58,712 nucleotides of DNA, from NCBI GenBank assembly GCA_016840095.1, contig JAEOSZ010000114.1:1-58712 (forward strand), given 5' to 3'. This document shows positions 17,125 to 25,603 of this stretch, in pieces (the first letter of the stretch is position 1; every line of letters starts with the position of its first letter). Source of the stretch: Candidatus Heimdallarchaeota archaeon (lineage in GTDB: Archaea > Asgardarchaeota > Heimdallarchaeia > Heimdallarchaeales > Heimdallarchaeaceae). The notes under the pieces are model-generated. The model saw only the letters and a list, made by a program, of their open reading frames with translations. It was not told the DNA's origin and made no database searches. Made by a program: the position numbers and the translations under genes.

Positions 17125-18837
17125 TTATTTTTTAATTACTTCTTTTTTTACATCAGGAGCTTTTGTTGTACTCTTAGCAGCTGCAGAAGCTTCTCGTAAA
17201 TCCTTACGTGATACTTTGCCAACAACAGTTCGGGGTAAGTCATCTTTGTATTCAATTATAGTTGGTATTTTGTAAGGAGCTAGTTTGTCTTTACAGTAAG
17301 CTTTGAGCTCAGCTCGAGTAAGTTCTTTTGATCCAGGTTCAGCAACTAAGAAAGCTTTAACTTTTTCGGCTGTTCCTTCTTTAACTTGAACAACACCAGC
17401 CATATTAATATCAGGATGAGCAAAAAGAACATCTTCAACATCACTAGGCCAAACTTTGTAACCAGATACAATGATCATGTCTTTGGCTCTGTCAACTATT
17501 GAGAAGTAACCTTTCTCATCCATTGATGCTACATCTCCAGTTCGTAACCAACCTTTGACTAAAACATCATCAGAAGCTTCTTTGTTATTCCAGTAACCTT
17601 TCATTACACTAGGACCTCGTACCCAAAGCTCACCTTCTTTTCCGTATTCAGTGATTTCTTCGTGAGTGTCTTGATCAACAACCATAGCTAGAGTATTTGG
17701 TATAGGAATACCTATCGAATTTAATTTCTTAAGCTCTGGAGTAGCAGGATTAACGTGAGTTACGGGAGAGGACTCAGAGAGACCATATCCTTCAACTAAG
17801 GTAGCTCCAGTTACTTCCTCAAATTTGTTTGAAGTGGTTGCGGGTAAACCTTCTCCTCCTGAAATACACAGATAGAGTGAGGATAAATCGAAGTCTCCTA
17901 CTTTAGGATGTTCTGCAATCTTCTGATAGAGAACTGGAACAGCAAACATGAAGTGAATTTTATGCTTGTGAATGCTTTGCATAACTTCTTCAAGTTGTCT
18001 GGGATCAGGTATAAGATAAAGTAATCCAGTAAGAGCTATTGTCCAAAGGAATGAGGTTGAAAAACCAAAAATGTGAGACATAGGTAAACAACCAGAAATC
18101 TTATACTGTCCATCTGGAAGTTCAGGAAGCCATTCAATCCAATAGGGAAGAATAGTAGCTTGGGCCATGAGGTTATAGTTTGTAAGCATTGCACCTTTCA
18201 TCACCCCTGTTGTTCCTCCTGTGTACTGTAGCACAGCAATATCCTCTTTCACATCGATTTTTGTTTTTATTGCTTTATTTTCTCCTTTCTTTATCAAATC
18301 TGTGTAAACGTGTTCATCAATTACTTTAGGATTCTTTCTTGCAATAATCTTCTTATACAGAAACGCAGTTATTCCTGGTAACTCATCGCCTATTGAAGAT
18401 ATAATTACATGTTTAAGCTTGGTATCATCTTGTACTTCTCTTATCTTATCCAGATAAAGGTCAACTGAGACTATTACTTTAGCTTCACTATCTTGTAATT
18501 GATATCTTATCTCTTTAGAGGTGTATAAGACACTGATTGCAGTAAAAATTGCTCCAAGCGAATTAGTTGCAAAAAATGCTACTATGTACTGAGGACAATT
18601 TGGCATCAGACATGCAACTCTATCACCCTTCTTCACGCCTAATTTTTTCAGAGAATTTGCAAATCTGTTGATTTCCTCTTCCATTTCGCTATACTTCTTG
18701 AATTTTCCTTTGAATTCAGTGATATATCGATCTGGGTACTTCTTAGCTGATTCCCTAAACAATCCTATAACACTGATTTCTGGTATGTCTACTGGATCAG
18801 GAATTCCATCACAGTAGCTCCAAATCTTTTTCGGCAT
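17125..18837 (-). CDS. fadD: Long-chain fatty acid--CoA ligase
   Basis: YTGGTTGVMKG, EGYGLSE, WLRTGD, DRAKDMI and GKV adenylation motifs. Confidence 0.92.
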   Translation of the reverse strand: MPKKIWSYCDGIPDPVDIPEISVIGLFRESAKKYPDRYITEFKGKFKKYSEMEEEINRFANSLKKLGVKKGDRVACLMPNCPQYIVAFFATNSLGAIFTAISVLYTSKEIRYQLQDSEAKVIVSVDLYLDKIREVQDDTKLKHVIISSIGDELPGITAFLYKKIIARKNPKVIDEHVYTDLIKKGENKAIKTKIDVKEDIAVLQYTGGTTGVMKGAMLTNYNLMAQATILPYWIEWLPELPDGQYKISGCLPMSHIFGFSTSFLWTIALTGLLYLIPDPRQLEEVMQSIHKHKIHFMFAVPVLYQKIAEHPKVGDFDLSSLYLCISGGEGLPATTSNKFEEVTGATLVEGYGLSESSPVTHVNPATPELKKLNSIGIPIPNTLAMVVDQDTHEEITEYGKEGELWVRGPSVMKGYWNNKEASDDVLVKGWLRTGDVASMDEKGYFSIVDRAKDMIIVSGYKVWPSDVEDVLFAHPDINMAGVVQVKEGTAEKVKAFLVAEPGSKELTRAELKAYCKDKLAPYKIPTIIEYKDDLPRTVVGKVSRKDLREASAAAKSTTKAPDVKKEVIKK

Positions 18838-18949
18838 AATTCTTCCCTACTTTAATTTACTAATTTTGATAACTAGTTATTTAAAACATTTTCCTTAAAA
18901 TAACGCTGTTCATTAAAAAAATAGAAAAATAAGGAAATTTAATTTATCG

Positions 18950-19681
18950 TCAGCTTAGTTTTAAGAATTTCTTCAACCAATCTGGAAAAATGTATCCCAA
19001 ATACCCACAAAAAACTCCTACTCCTGCAGATATCCAAGCTGCATAATAGAATGGTGAGTAGCCTTCAGGCATGATTAAATCCAGTGCAAATAGAACAAAT
19101 ACTGAAGACACAAAAACACCATAAAATCCAATCAAAACAAATCCTACTTTTGGCATTGCTTGATCACTTTTTGCTGCTTCTCTAAAAGCAAAGAATGCTA
19201 ATAACCCAAATGTAATCAAAGATAGAGCTGCATGATAGATCACGTATGGTTGTGTCTCAGAATAAACTTCATCTTGGAAACGATTTATTACAATTAAACA
19301 TCCTACTGTAATTCCATTTGCTATCCCTGAAAGTGCTACAGAAATTCCTCCTAGATTAAGAAATACCTCATCTAGAAATGCAAAAAGAAACACATTTGCA
19401 ATTGCTGTTACTGTATATGCAATAACTATCCATCCTCCAGCATAATCAATTAGAGGTGAAGGTGATGGATGATAGAAGTTTATCCATTTTCCGAGAGCAC
19501 TTGCTCCGACTCCTAGTGATAAAAAAAGAAAACTTAACGATAAATAGAGGGTGGGTTTTCTCTTTCTTTGAAAGAACTTTTGTATTGTTCTTACAGTTAG
19601 AATTATCATACAAATAGCAATAATTGTTTCAATTATTACTGCTAGTATAGGTATCTCGTTACTCATTGTTTGCCAAACCAT
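18950..19681 (-). CDS. Seven-transmembrane protein of unknown function
   Basis: Seven hydrophobic helices, ending GYIFPDWLKK; a GGTGA ribosome site overlaps the stop codon of the upstream longin gene. Confidence 0.8.
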   Translation of the reverse strand: MVWQTMSNEIPILAVIIETIIAICMIILTVRTIQKFFQRKRKPTLYLSLSFLFLSLGVGASALGKWINFYHPSPSPLIDYAGGWIVIAYTVTAIANVFLFAFLDEVFLNLGGISVALSGIANGITVGCLIVINRFQDEVYSETQPYVIYHAALSLITFGLLAFFAFREAAKSDQAMPKVGFVLIGFYGVFVSSVFVLFALDLIMPEGYSPFYYAAWISAGVGVFCGYLGYIFPDWLKKFLKLS

Positions 19682-19686
19682 AATTT

Positions 19687-20133
19687 TCACCAAAATGAAT
19701 CTTTAATCTTCTTTAGCGCTTGACTATCCTTAACTGAATCTTCCCACTTAGCCATAAGATCTTCAATGATGTTTGCCATTTGAATTTCTTGCTCAAAACT
19801 TAGTATTCCAACTTCTGGAAGTTCAATAAAATTGAAAGTTATTTGTGTAATTAATTCAGCTATCATATCATTGATTGATTCTCTTTCAAAATTATCCTTT
19901 ATGTCTTTTACAAGTGCTACAGCAAAGTCGCTAGTTGCTTCAACATAAACTTCATGTGTTTGAGTAGTTAGATAGTTTGCTTCTCCAGCATCAATTTCCT
20001 GCAATACAGTTCTGATTGCTGAAATTACTCCAGAAAATAAAGTTACTTTAGTTACATCATCTTCTTCAGGTGTTCTTTCTTTGAAATATATGGGAACACC
20101 GGTCCTTGAGATAATGTAAACAGCTTGAATCAT
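19687..20133 (-). CDS. Stand-alone longin-domain protein
   Basis: MIQAVYIISRTGVPIY...LFSGVISAI...three beta strands...helix: longin (sigma-adaptin/TRAPP-like) pattern. Confidence 0.75.
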   Translation of the reverse strand: MIQAVYIISRTGVPIYFKERTPEEDDVTKVTLFSGVISAIRTVLQEIDAGEANYLTTQTHEVYVEATSDFAVALVKDIKDNFERESINDMIAELITQITFNFIELPEVGILSFEQEIQMANIIEDLMAKWEDSVKDSQALKKIKDSFW

Positions 20134-20248
20134 TACGTAATAGTATTCAACAAATTTACTTTTAAATCTGGTGAGACTGACAATAGGATATTTTTTTACA
20201 ATTGATACAATCAGAAATGTTTTTGTTTAACCAAGTAATTTTACTATC

Positions 20249-20452
20249 ATGCATATAGTAGTTAATTCAAAACGAGAAAGAGATGCTCTTATTGAACTTT
20301 TCAAAAGTCTTGAGAAGAAAGATATGAACTTCTTTTTGGACTTTGATGAAGAATCCCTTACTTTCTTAGTTGAGATGTTTTTTGATGAGCTTTGTAATTG
20401 TGAGATAGTTATAGACAAAGATGAAGAACCAACAGGAATAATAGAAGATTGA
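20249..20452 (+). CDS. Small acidic hypothetical protein (67 aa)
   Basis: ORF fills the intergenic gap and has a protein-like composition. Confidence 0.55.
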   Translation: MHIVVNSKRERDALIELFKSLEKKDMNFFLDFDEESLTFLVEMFFDELCNCEIVIDKDEEPTGIIED

Positions 20453-20493
20453 TTATGCAATAAAGTTATATTGATTTTTTCTAATTATCTTTT

Positions 20494-21837
20494 ATGAGGA
20501 GCGAACAGATTGTATGCAACAGCTGTGGAAGTTTACATATAGCAACTTCTTTGAGATGTTCGAAGTGTAAAAAACTCATATCTATTCCTCCTATATCTGG
20601 ACCTGAAAAATCCAAAATCCAAGTAAATTCTATGTGGTCTTTCATAGATTTTCTCCCAACATACTCTCATCCGGTTTCACTGCTAGAAGGAAACACTCCT
20701 TTGTTGAAGGTAAATAACATTGAACGTCTTAAGAATCTTAGTTTGAAATTGGAGTTCAGAAATCCAACAGGTTCGTTTAGAGATAGAGCTAGTTCATTGG
20801 TTGTATCAGATGTAGTCCATAGAGAAATTACTAAGGTAATAGGTGCAAGTACGGGTTCTTTTAACATCAGTTTATCTGCATATGCTGCAAAAGCTGGAAT
20901 ACAATCTTATAGTGTCATTCCCCATAATCTAGAACTTAGTAAAATTGAACAAATGAAGATATATGGTAGTGAGATAATTGAAAGAGGAAGTACTGTTGAA
21001 GAATCAATTTTAGAAGCAGAGCAACTCAGTGTTGAATTGAATGCATATTTAGCTACACCAGAAAACAATATTTTAGCTATTGAAGGTCAGAAAACCTTAG
21101 GTTTAGAATTGGCTTTGCAGAAAAGAAATTTCGATGCACTAATTGTACCTCGAGGTTCAGGTTCGCTTATTTACTCTGTTTATAGAGGTTTTGAGGATGC
21201 AATTGCATCAGGTTGGATCAGTAAAATCCCCCGGATTTATGCTATATCTCTTGAAAAATCAAAGAGTGCATCACTTGCTGAATCACTTGAAATTGATCAA
21301 CCATTTCTTCTTGAAGAAGTTAGAGAAACTATTAATTTAACCAAAGGACGAGAAATTGAAATCGGTGCTCAAAAGATGATAGATGAAGCACTACATCTAT
21401 CAAAGAGAGAAGGTTTGTTTATAGAACCAGCTTCAGCTTCTGTTCTTGTTGCAGCTACTGAGTTAGTGGAACAAGAAGAGATTGAAACACAGAATACAAT
21501 CGCCATTCTTTCTGGTACAGGTTTCAATGCACTCAATATATATGCCTCTCAAATGAGAGACCAGAAAAAAGTAGTCTGGGGTTTATCTGAAGGATCAACA
21601 ACTAAATTTGAAATACTTAATCTAATTTCTGAAGGTAAGGCAACTTATGGTATTTCTATCTGGGAATCACTTGGAAAAGCAAAATCCAAGCAATCTATCT
21701 ATCAACATCTCAATGAACTTCAAGATAAAGGATTGATTGTTCTAACTGATAAAGAAACTAAAATTAAAGAGTTCAAAGTAACTAAGAAAGGTTTTGAAAC
21801 AATAGAAAAAATGAAAGATCTAATTGATTTTATCTAG
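20494..21837 (+). CDS. Threonine-synthase-like (PLP fold II) domain lacking the PLP lysine, fused to C-terminal winged HTH; probable transcription regulator
   Basis: CxxC/CxxC N-terminus; EGNTPL; NPTGSFRDR (canonical SFKDR); EGQKT; EPASA; C-terminal FEILNLISEG..YG..IW...QSIYQHLNELQDKGLI. Confidence 0.85.
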   Translation: MRSEQIVCNSCGSLHIATSLRCSKCKKLISIPPISGPEKSKIQVNSMWSFIDFLPTYSHPVSLLEGNTPLLKVNNIERLKNLSLKLEFRNPTGSFRDRASSLVVSDVVHREITKVIGASTGSFNISLSAYAAKAGIQSYSVIPHNLELSKIEQMKIYGSEIIERGSTVEESILEAEQLSVELNAYLATPENNILAIEGQKTLGLELALQKRNFDALIVPRGSGSLIYSVYRGFEDAIASGWISKIPRIYAISLEKSKSASLAESLEIDQPFLLEEVRETINLTKGREIEIGAQKMIDEALHLSKREGLFIEPASASVLVAATELVEQEEIETQNTIAILSGTGFNALNIYASQMRDQKKVVWGLSEGSTTKFEILNLISEGKATYGISIWESLGKAKSKQSIYQHLNELQDKGLIVLTDKETKIKEFKVTKKGFETIEKMKDLIDFI

Positions 21838-21903
21838 CAAATTACACTGTTCTACAGAACTTCAAGAAAATGGTTTTAAAAAATAAAAATAGATGGATTT
21901 TGA

Positions 21904-22239
21904 TTAATTTGTACAATTTCCATCGTGTAATCTTTCTTGAATCATTTCTTGGATCATTTCTTGTAATCTGTCCTGAATCATTTCTTGAATTCTGTCCTGA
22001 ATTCTTTCTTGAAACTGATCACAGTCACAATCACATTCATTTTCACAATCACAATCACATTCACTTAAGCGATTTTGAAGTTGATATCTTTCTTGAATTT
22101 GTTCTTTATCAACATCGCCAAATCTGAAGAATGAGAAATATTCATTATAATTCAGGGCTTGATTTGCTGAAGTAATCTGGACTGTAAAAGTTAGTAGAAC
22201 AGCTAAACTAATGAATAAAGATAATCTTTTTACTTTCAT
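21904..22239 (-). CDS. Small secreted protein with Cys-acidic and QE/QD tetrad repeats
   Basis: Signal peptide MKVKRLSLFISLAVLLTFTVQITSA; ECDCDCENECDCDCD; (Q-E/D-R/M-I/L)n; ends HDGNCTN. Confidence 0.7.
   Translation of the reverse strand: MKVKRLSLFISLAVLLTFTVQITSANQALNYNEYFSFFRFGDVDKEQIQERYQLQNRLSECDCDCENECDCDCDQFQERIQDRIQEMIQDRLQEMIQEMIQERLHDGNCTN
21928..22063. repeat. Coding tandem repeats (12-bp period and 6-bp period)
   Basis: Imperfect TCTTGAATCATT-like units followed by ATCACA units. Confidence 0.7.
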
Positions 22240-22363
22240 GTGTTTTACCAAGGAAATGTCATAATTAATTTATTAATACATTTTTCTTTAGAAAACTAAA
22301 GTATCGATGATTCAGTATCAATCTAAATTAGTTCATCTGCACACCAAAACAGTTATATTTATT

Positions 22364-22385
22364 TATTCAAGTTACAACTTGAATA
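22364..22385. promoter_or_regulatory. Perfect 22-bp palindromic operator upstream of the ECF operon
   Basis: TATTCAAGTT-AC-AACTTGAATA, immediately downstream of the TATA-like TTATATTT (22353-22360). Confidence 0.75.
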
Positions 22386-22398
22386 TTTGTTAGGTGTG

Positions 22399-23199
22399 AT
22401 GATTGTGGAGAAGGAAGTAGGTTTAGGAGAAGTCTTCTTGAGAGAAGTTACTTCGATAAGAAATTTAGCATTAATTGTGACTTTTACTGGATTAGTATTT
22501 CTTTCAACATCGATATTTTTTATAGCAATCCCTACCTCTAGCGGTTTTTTTAACATTGGAGAGGTGTTTATTTATCTTGCTGCGCTAATTGGAGGACCTA
22601 TAACTGGAGCAATTAGTGGAGGATTAGGAGCTTCAATGGCTGATCTAGCTCTTGGATATGGATTCTTTGCACCTGGAACAGCTGTAATAAAATTAGTTGA
22701 AGGATTTGTAGTAGGATTGATTTTTCACTATGGTCGTAAATTACCAAGTCAGATAAAAAATTTCTCCATGGGAGTCTCCAGTGGTGTATTGGTTAGCATT
22801 TCAGCCTTCTATGTTAAAGAGGATTTTGTATTCGGTTTTTCATTCTATTCTACTAAGACATTTGAACTAACTGTACCCGGTTATGTGTTTCTAATAATAG
22901 CTTTATTCTTGAGCATATTAATTTTAATAGTTATTACATTCTTAAAAGAGAAAGGAGAAATGGCTCTAGCTTGCATTATTGGTGGAGTATTTATGGTGCT
23001 TGGGTACTTTATCTATGAGAGATTTATCTTAGGCTATCCAACAGGAGCTGCAGCATCAGAAATACCTTTCAATATAGCTCAAGTAGTACTAAGCGCTTCA
23101 ATAGTGATCCCAATAGTATCCTATCTAAATGATCTTGGAATTTTAAGACGTTCTCAAGAAAAGGAAATTGAAGAGGAAATAGAAATCCCAGCTAAATAA
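22399..23199 (+). CDS. ECF transporter S component (HmpT/PdxU2-like) with extra hydrophobic insertion
   Basis: GFFNIGEVFIYLAALIGGP..GGLGASMADLALGY..FAPGT..IK..EG; C-terminal EIPFNIAQ. Confidence 0.85.
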   Translation: MIVEKEVGLGEVFLREVTSIRNLALIVTFTGLVFLSTSIFFIAIPTSSGFFNIGEVFIYLAALIGGPITGAISGGLGASMADLALGYGFFAPGTAVIKLVEGFVVGLIFHYGRKLPSQIKNFSMGVSSGVLVSISAFYVKEDFVFGFSFYSTKTFELTVPGYVFLIIALFLSILILIVITFLKEKGEMALACIIGGVFMVLGYFIYERFILGYPTGAAASEIPFNIAQVVLSASIVIPIVSYLNDLGILRRSQEKEIEEEIEIPAK

Positions 23200-23228
23200 T
23201 ATTAGTACTAAAGTAACTTGGTGCAACA

Positions 23229-24866
23229 ATGCTAAAGATAGAGAATCTAAATGTTAAATATCCAACTAATAAAGAAAATGCTCTAAATAATATAAGTTTA
23301 GAAGCTTCAAAAGGAGAATTTATTGTTGTAGCAGGTTCAAGTGGAAGTGGAAAAAGTACTTTAGCTCAAGTGTTAATGACTCTAATTCCAAATTTTGTTA
23401 ATGCAAAAATTACTGGAGATATCTATTTTGATAATCAACCTTTAAACAAAATCTCAAGAAAAGAACTCTCTAGGATATTAGGATATGTTCCGCAATATCC
23501 AAGTGATTTTACAACTTCATTATTAGTAGAAGAGGAAATAGTTTTTCTTTTGGAAAATCTTGGTATATCTCCTGAACAAATAGAATCTAGACTGACTACA
23601 GTTTTATCTGAATTAGAAATTAAAAAACTAAGGGGAAGAGTAATACCCGAGTTAAGTTCTGGAGAATTACAAAGAGTATTTCTTGCAGCTGCTTTAGCAT
23701 ATACACCACCGATAATTATATTGGATGAACCTATTGCAAGAATCGATCCAAAAACAGAAGTCAAACTTGTTAATATTCTCAGAAGTATTGCAGATAAAGG
23801 TAATCTTGTGATAGCATTTGAACATAGATTAGATTATATTGTTCAAAAGGCAGATCGCTTAATTGTCCTTGAGAAAGGAACAATAGTAAGTGATGGACTA
23901 CCCTTGGAATCGATTAATTTACTTAAGGATATTGACCCTCCTGAGCTATCTCGTTTAGAAATTGAAGAAGATGACCTTCTGTTAAATCTTGAAAAGAAGA
24001 TTGAATCATCAAAGATTACAGAAAAACTTGAACGAATAATTGAACAAGAAAATACTCGGAAATCAAGCAAATCAGGCAAGGAACCAATAATCTCTTTAGA
24101 AAAACTCTGCTTCAAATACAATAATAAGACTAATTTGATATTGGATAATGTTGACATCAACTTCCATGAAGGAGAATCTATTGGGTTAATGGGAATCAAC
24201 GGTTCAGGCAAGTCAACTCTGCTAAAGCTCATTTTAGGCATAATTAAAGCTAATAAGGGAGAAGTGATTGTAGATAAATCTAAAGTTAAAAGGATTAGAG
24301 CTGGAAAAAAACAAAGTGTCTTTGTTCCAGAAAATGCAAAACTATTTCTTGTTGGACCAACACCTTTGATAGATTTAGAGAGACTAACTAATGATAAAGA
24401 TGAAGCAAATAAAATCTATAAGAAACTAGAATTGAGAAGATTAATGAAAAGAAAACTCTATCATCTAAGTGAAGGTGAAAGAAGACTCTATGCAATTGTT
24501 AACTCATTTCATTTGCAAAAGAAAATAGTTCTACTAGATGAGCCTACTATTGCTTTAGATAAAAAAGGTAGAGAGATTCTTGAACAGCTAATAGTGCAAG
24601 CAAAAGAGGAAAAGAAAACAATTATTCTTGCCACAAATGATCCAAGAATAGTTACTACTTTTGATAGGTTAATAGTGTTAGAAAATGGTAAAATGTGTTT
24701 AGAAGGAACACCTAGAGAGGTATTGTATAAACTTGAAAAGGAAACAAATCTAATCCCTAATAGAACAGTAAGATTATTACAAAAACTCGAAGAAGAGAGA
24801 GGAATTACGATTCCCAAAATAATCAATCCTGAAGAATTTAACCAACTATTGATGGAGGAAGCATAA
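23229..24866 (+). CDS. ECF transporter fused double ATPase (A-A')
   Basis: Two Walker A motifs (GSSGSGKS, GINGSGKS), LSSGE/LSEGE signatures and two LDEP motifs. Confidence 0.9.
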   Translation: MLKIENLNVKYPTNKENALNNISLEASKGEFIVVAGSSGSGKSTLAQVLMTLIPNFVNAKITGDIYFDNQPLNKISRKELSRILGYVPQYPSDFTTSLLVEEEIVFLLENLGISPEQIESRLTTVLSELEIKKLRGRVIPELSSGELQRVFLAAALAYTPPIIILDEPIARIDPKTEVKLVNILRSIADKGNLVIAFEHRLDYIVQKADRLIVLEKGTIVSDGLPLESINLLKDIDPPELSRLEIEEDDLLLNLEKKIESSKITEKLERIIEQENTRKSSKSGKEPIISLEKLCFKYNNKTNLILDNVDINFHEGESIGLMGINGSGKSTLLKLILGIIKANKGEVIVDKSKVKRIRAGKKQSVFVPENAKLFLVGPTPLIDLERLTNDKDEANKIYKKLELRRLMKRKLYHLSEGERRLYAIVNSFHLQKKIVLLDEPTIALDKKGREILEQLIVQAKEEKKTIILATNDPRIVTTFDRLIVLENGKMCLEGTPREVLYKLEKETNLIPNRTVRLLQKLEEERGITIPKIINPEEFNQLLMEEA

Positions 24867-25603
24867 TGTCATTCATGCTTAAGAGAATTTATGATGGGTT
24901 TCTGTATAAGCCAGATAAATTGAATATTCATCCATTAATTGGTATTCTAATCATCTCGATTCAGTTTGGATTTATGATATTGAATCGGAATTGGATTCTT
25001 GCTCTTCTCCTGATTTTAATTGTAATTGAAGTAATTGTTTTTAGAAACATAAGAGGTGCTTTAAGCATTCTTTGGGCTCTTTCTCCAATTATTATTATAG
25101 TTGGAGGATTATCTTTTGCTTTTGGAGGTTGGGTTATTTTGTATCGAGTATTAATGAGGATATTAATAGGTGGTTTGGGATTTTCTCTGCTTTTTACTTT
25201 GGTAAATCCTTCAGATTTAACTCGAAGCTTTGAGAAACTTAGAATTCCTACAAAAATAGCTCTTATACCTTCTCTTGCTTTAACAATGATTCCTAGAATA
25301 GCAAAAGATGCAGAAGATACATTTTCAACACTCAAAATTAGAGGAGAAATTAAAGGATTTTTTTTAAGATGGTTACCTAAAGTTTTAGCAATTTTTATTG
25401 CATCAATCATCTATAGATCGGAATTTCTAGCACAATCTCTCTATTTCAAGGGATTAGGAATTCAGAAAAGAACTCACTACAAGAAAATTCCAATAAGATG
25501 GATTGATATTTTTCGCATTTTCTTATGGTTAAGTTTCATTATAGGCTTTATATTGATTGAAAGGTTCAATATTCTAGAATATTTTCCAGCTTTCTTTATT
25601 TAG
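24866..25603 (+). CDS. ecfT: ECF transporter T component
   Basis: Membrane protein with coupling-helix motifs (LKIRG; LYFKG); coupled to the ATPase gene by a TAATG overlap. Confidence 0.85.
   Translation: MSFMLKRIYDGFLYKPDKLNIHPLIGILIISIQFGFMILNRNWILALLLILIVIEVIVFRNIRGALSILWALSPIIIIVGGLSFAFGGWVILYRVLMRILIGGLGFSLLFTLVNPSDLTRSFEKLRIPTKIALIPSLALTMIPRIAKDAEDTFSTLKIRGEIKGFFLRWLPKVLAIFIASIIYRSEFLAQSLYFKGLGIQKRTHYKKIPIRWIDIFRIFLWLSFIIGFILIERFNILEYFPAFFI

Noticed and set aside
18950-19681. Microbial rhodopsin
   Set aside because: It has seven TM helices but no DxxxK/retinal-binding lysine in helix 7.
20494-21837. Functional threonine synthase (thrC)
   Set aside because: The catalytic Lys is Arg and an HTH is fused, so no gene symbol was assigned.
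21928-22063. CRISPR array or non-coding repeat
   Set aside because: The units are 6-12 bp, have no spacers and stay in frame within a signal-peptide ORF.
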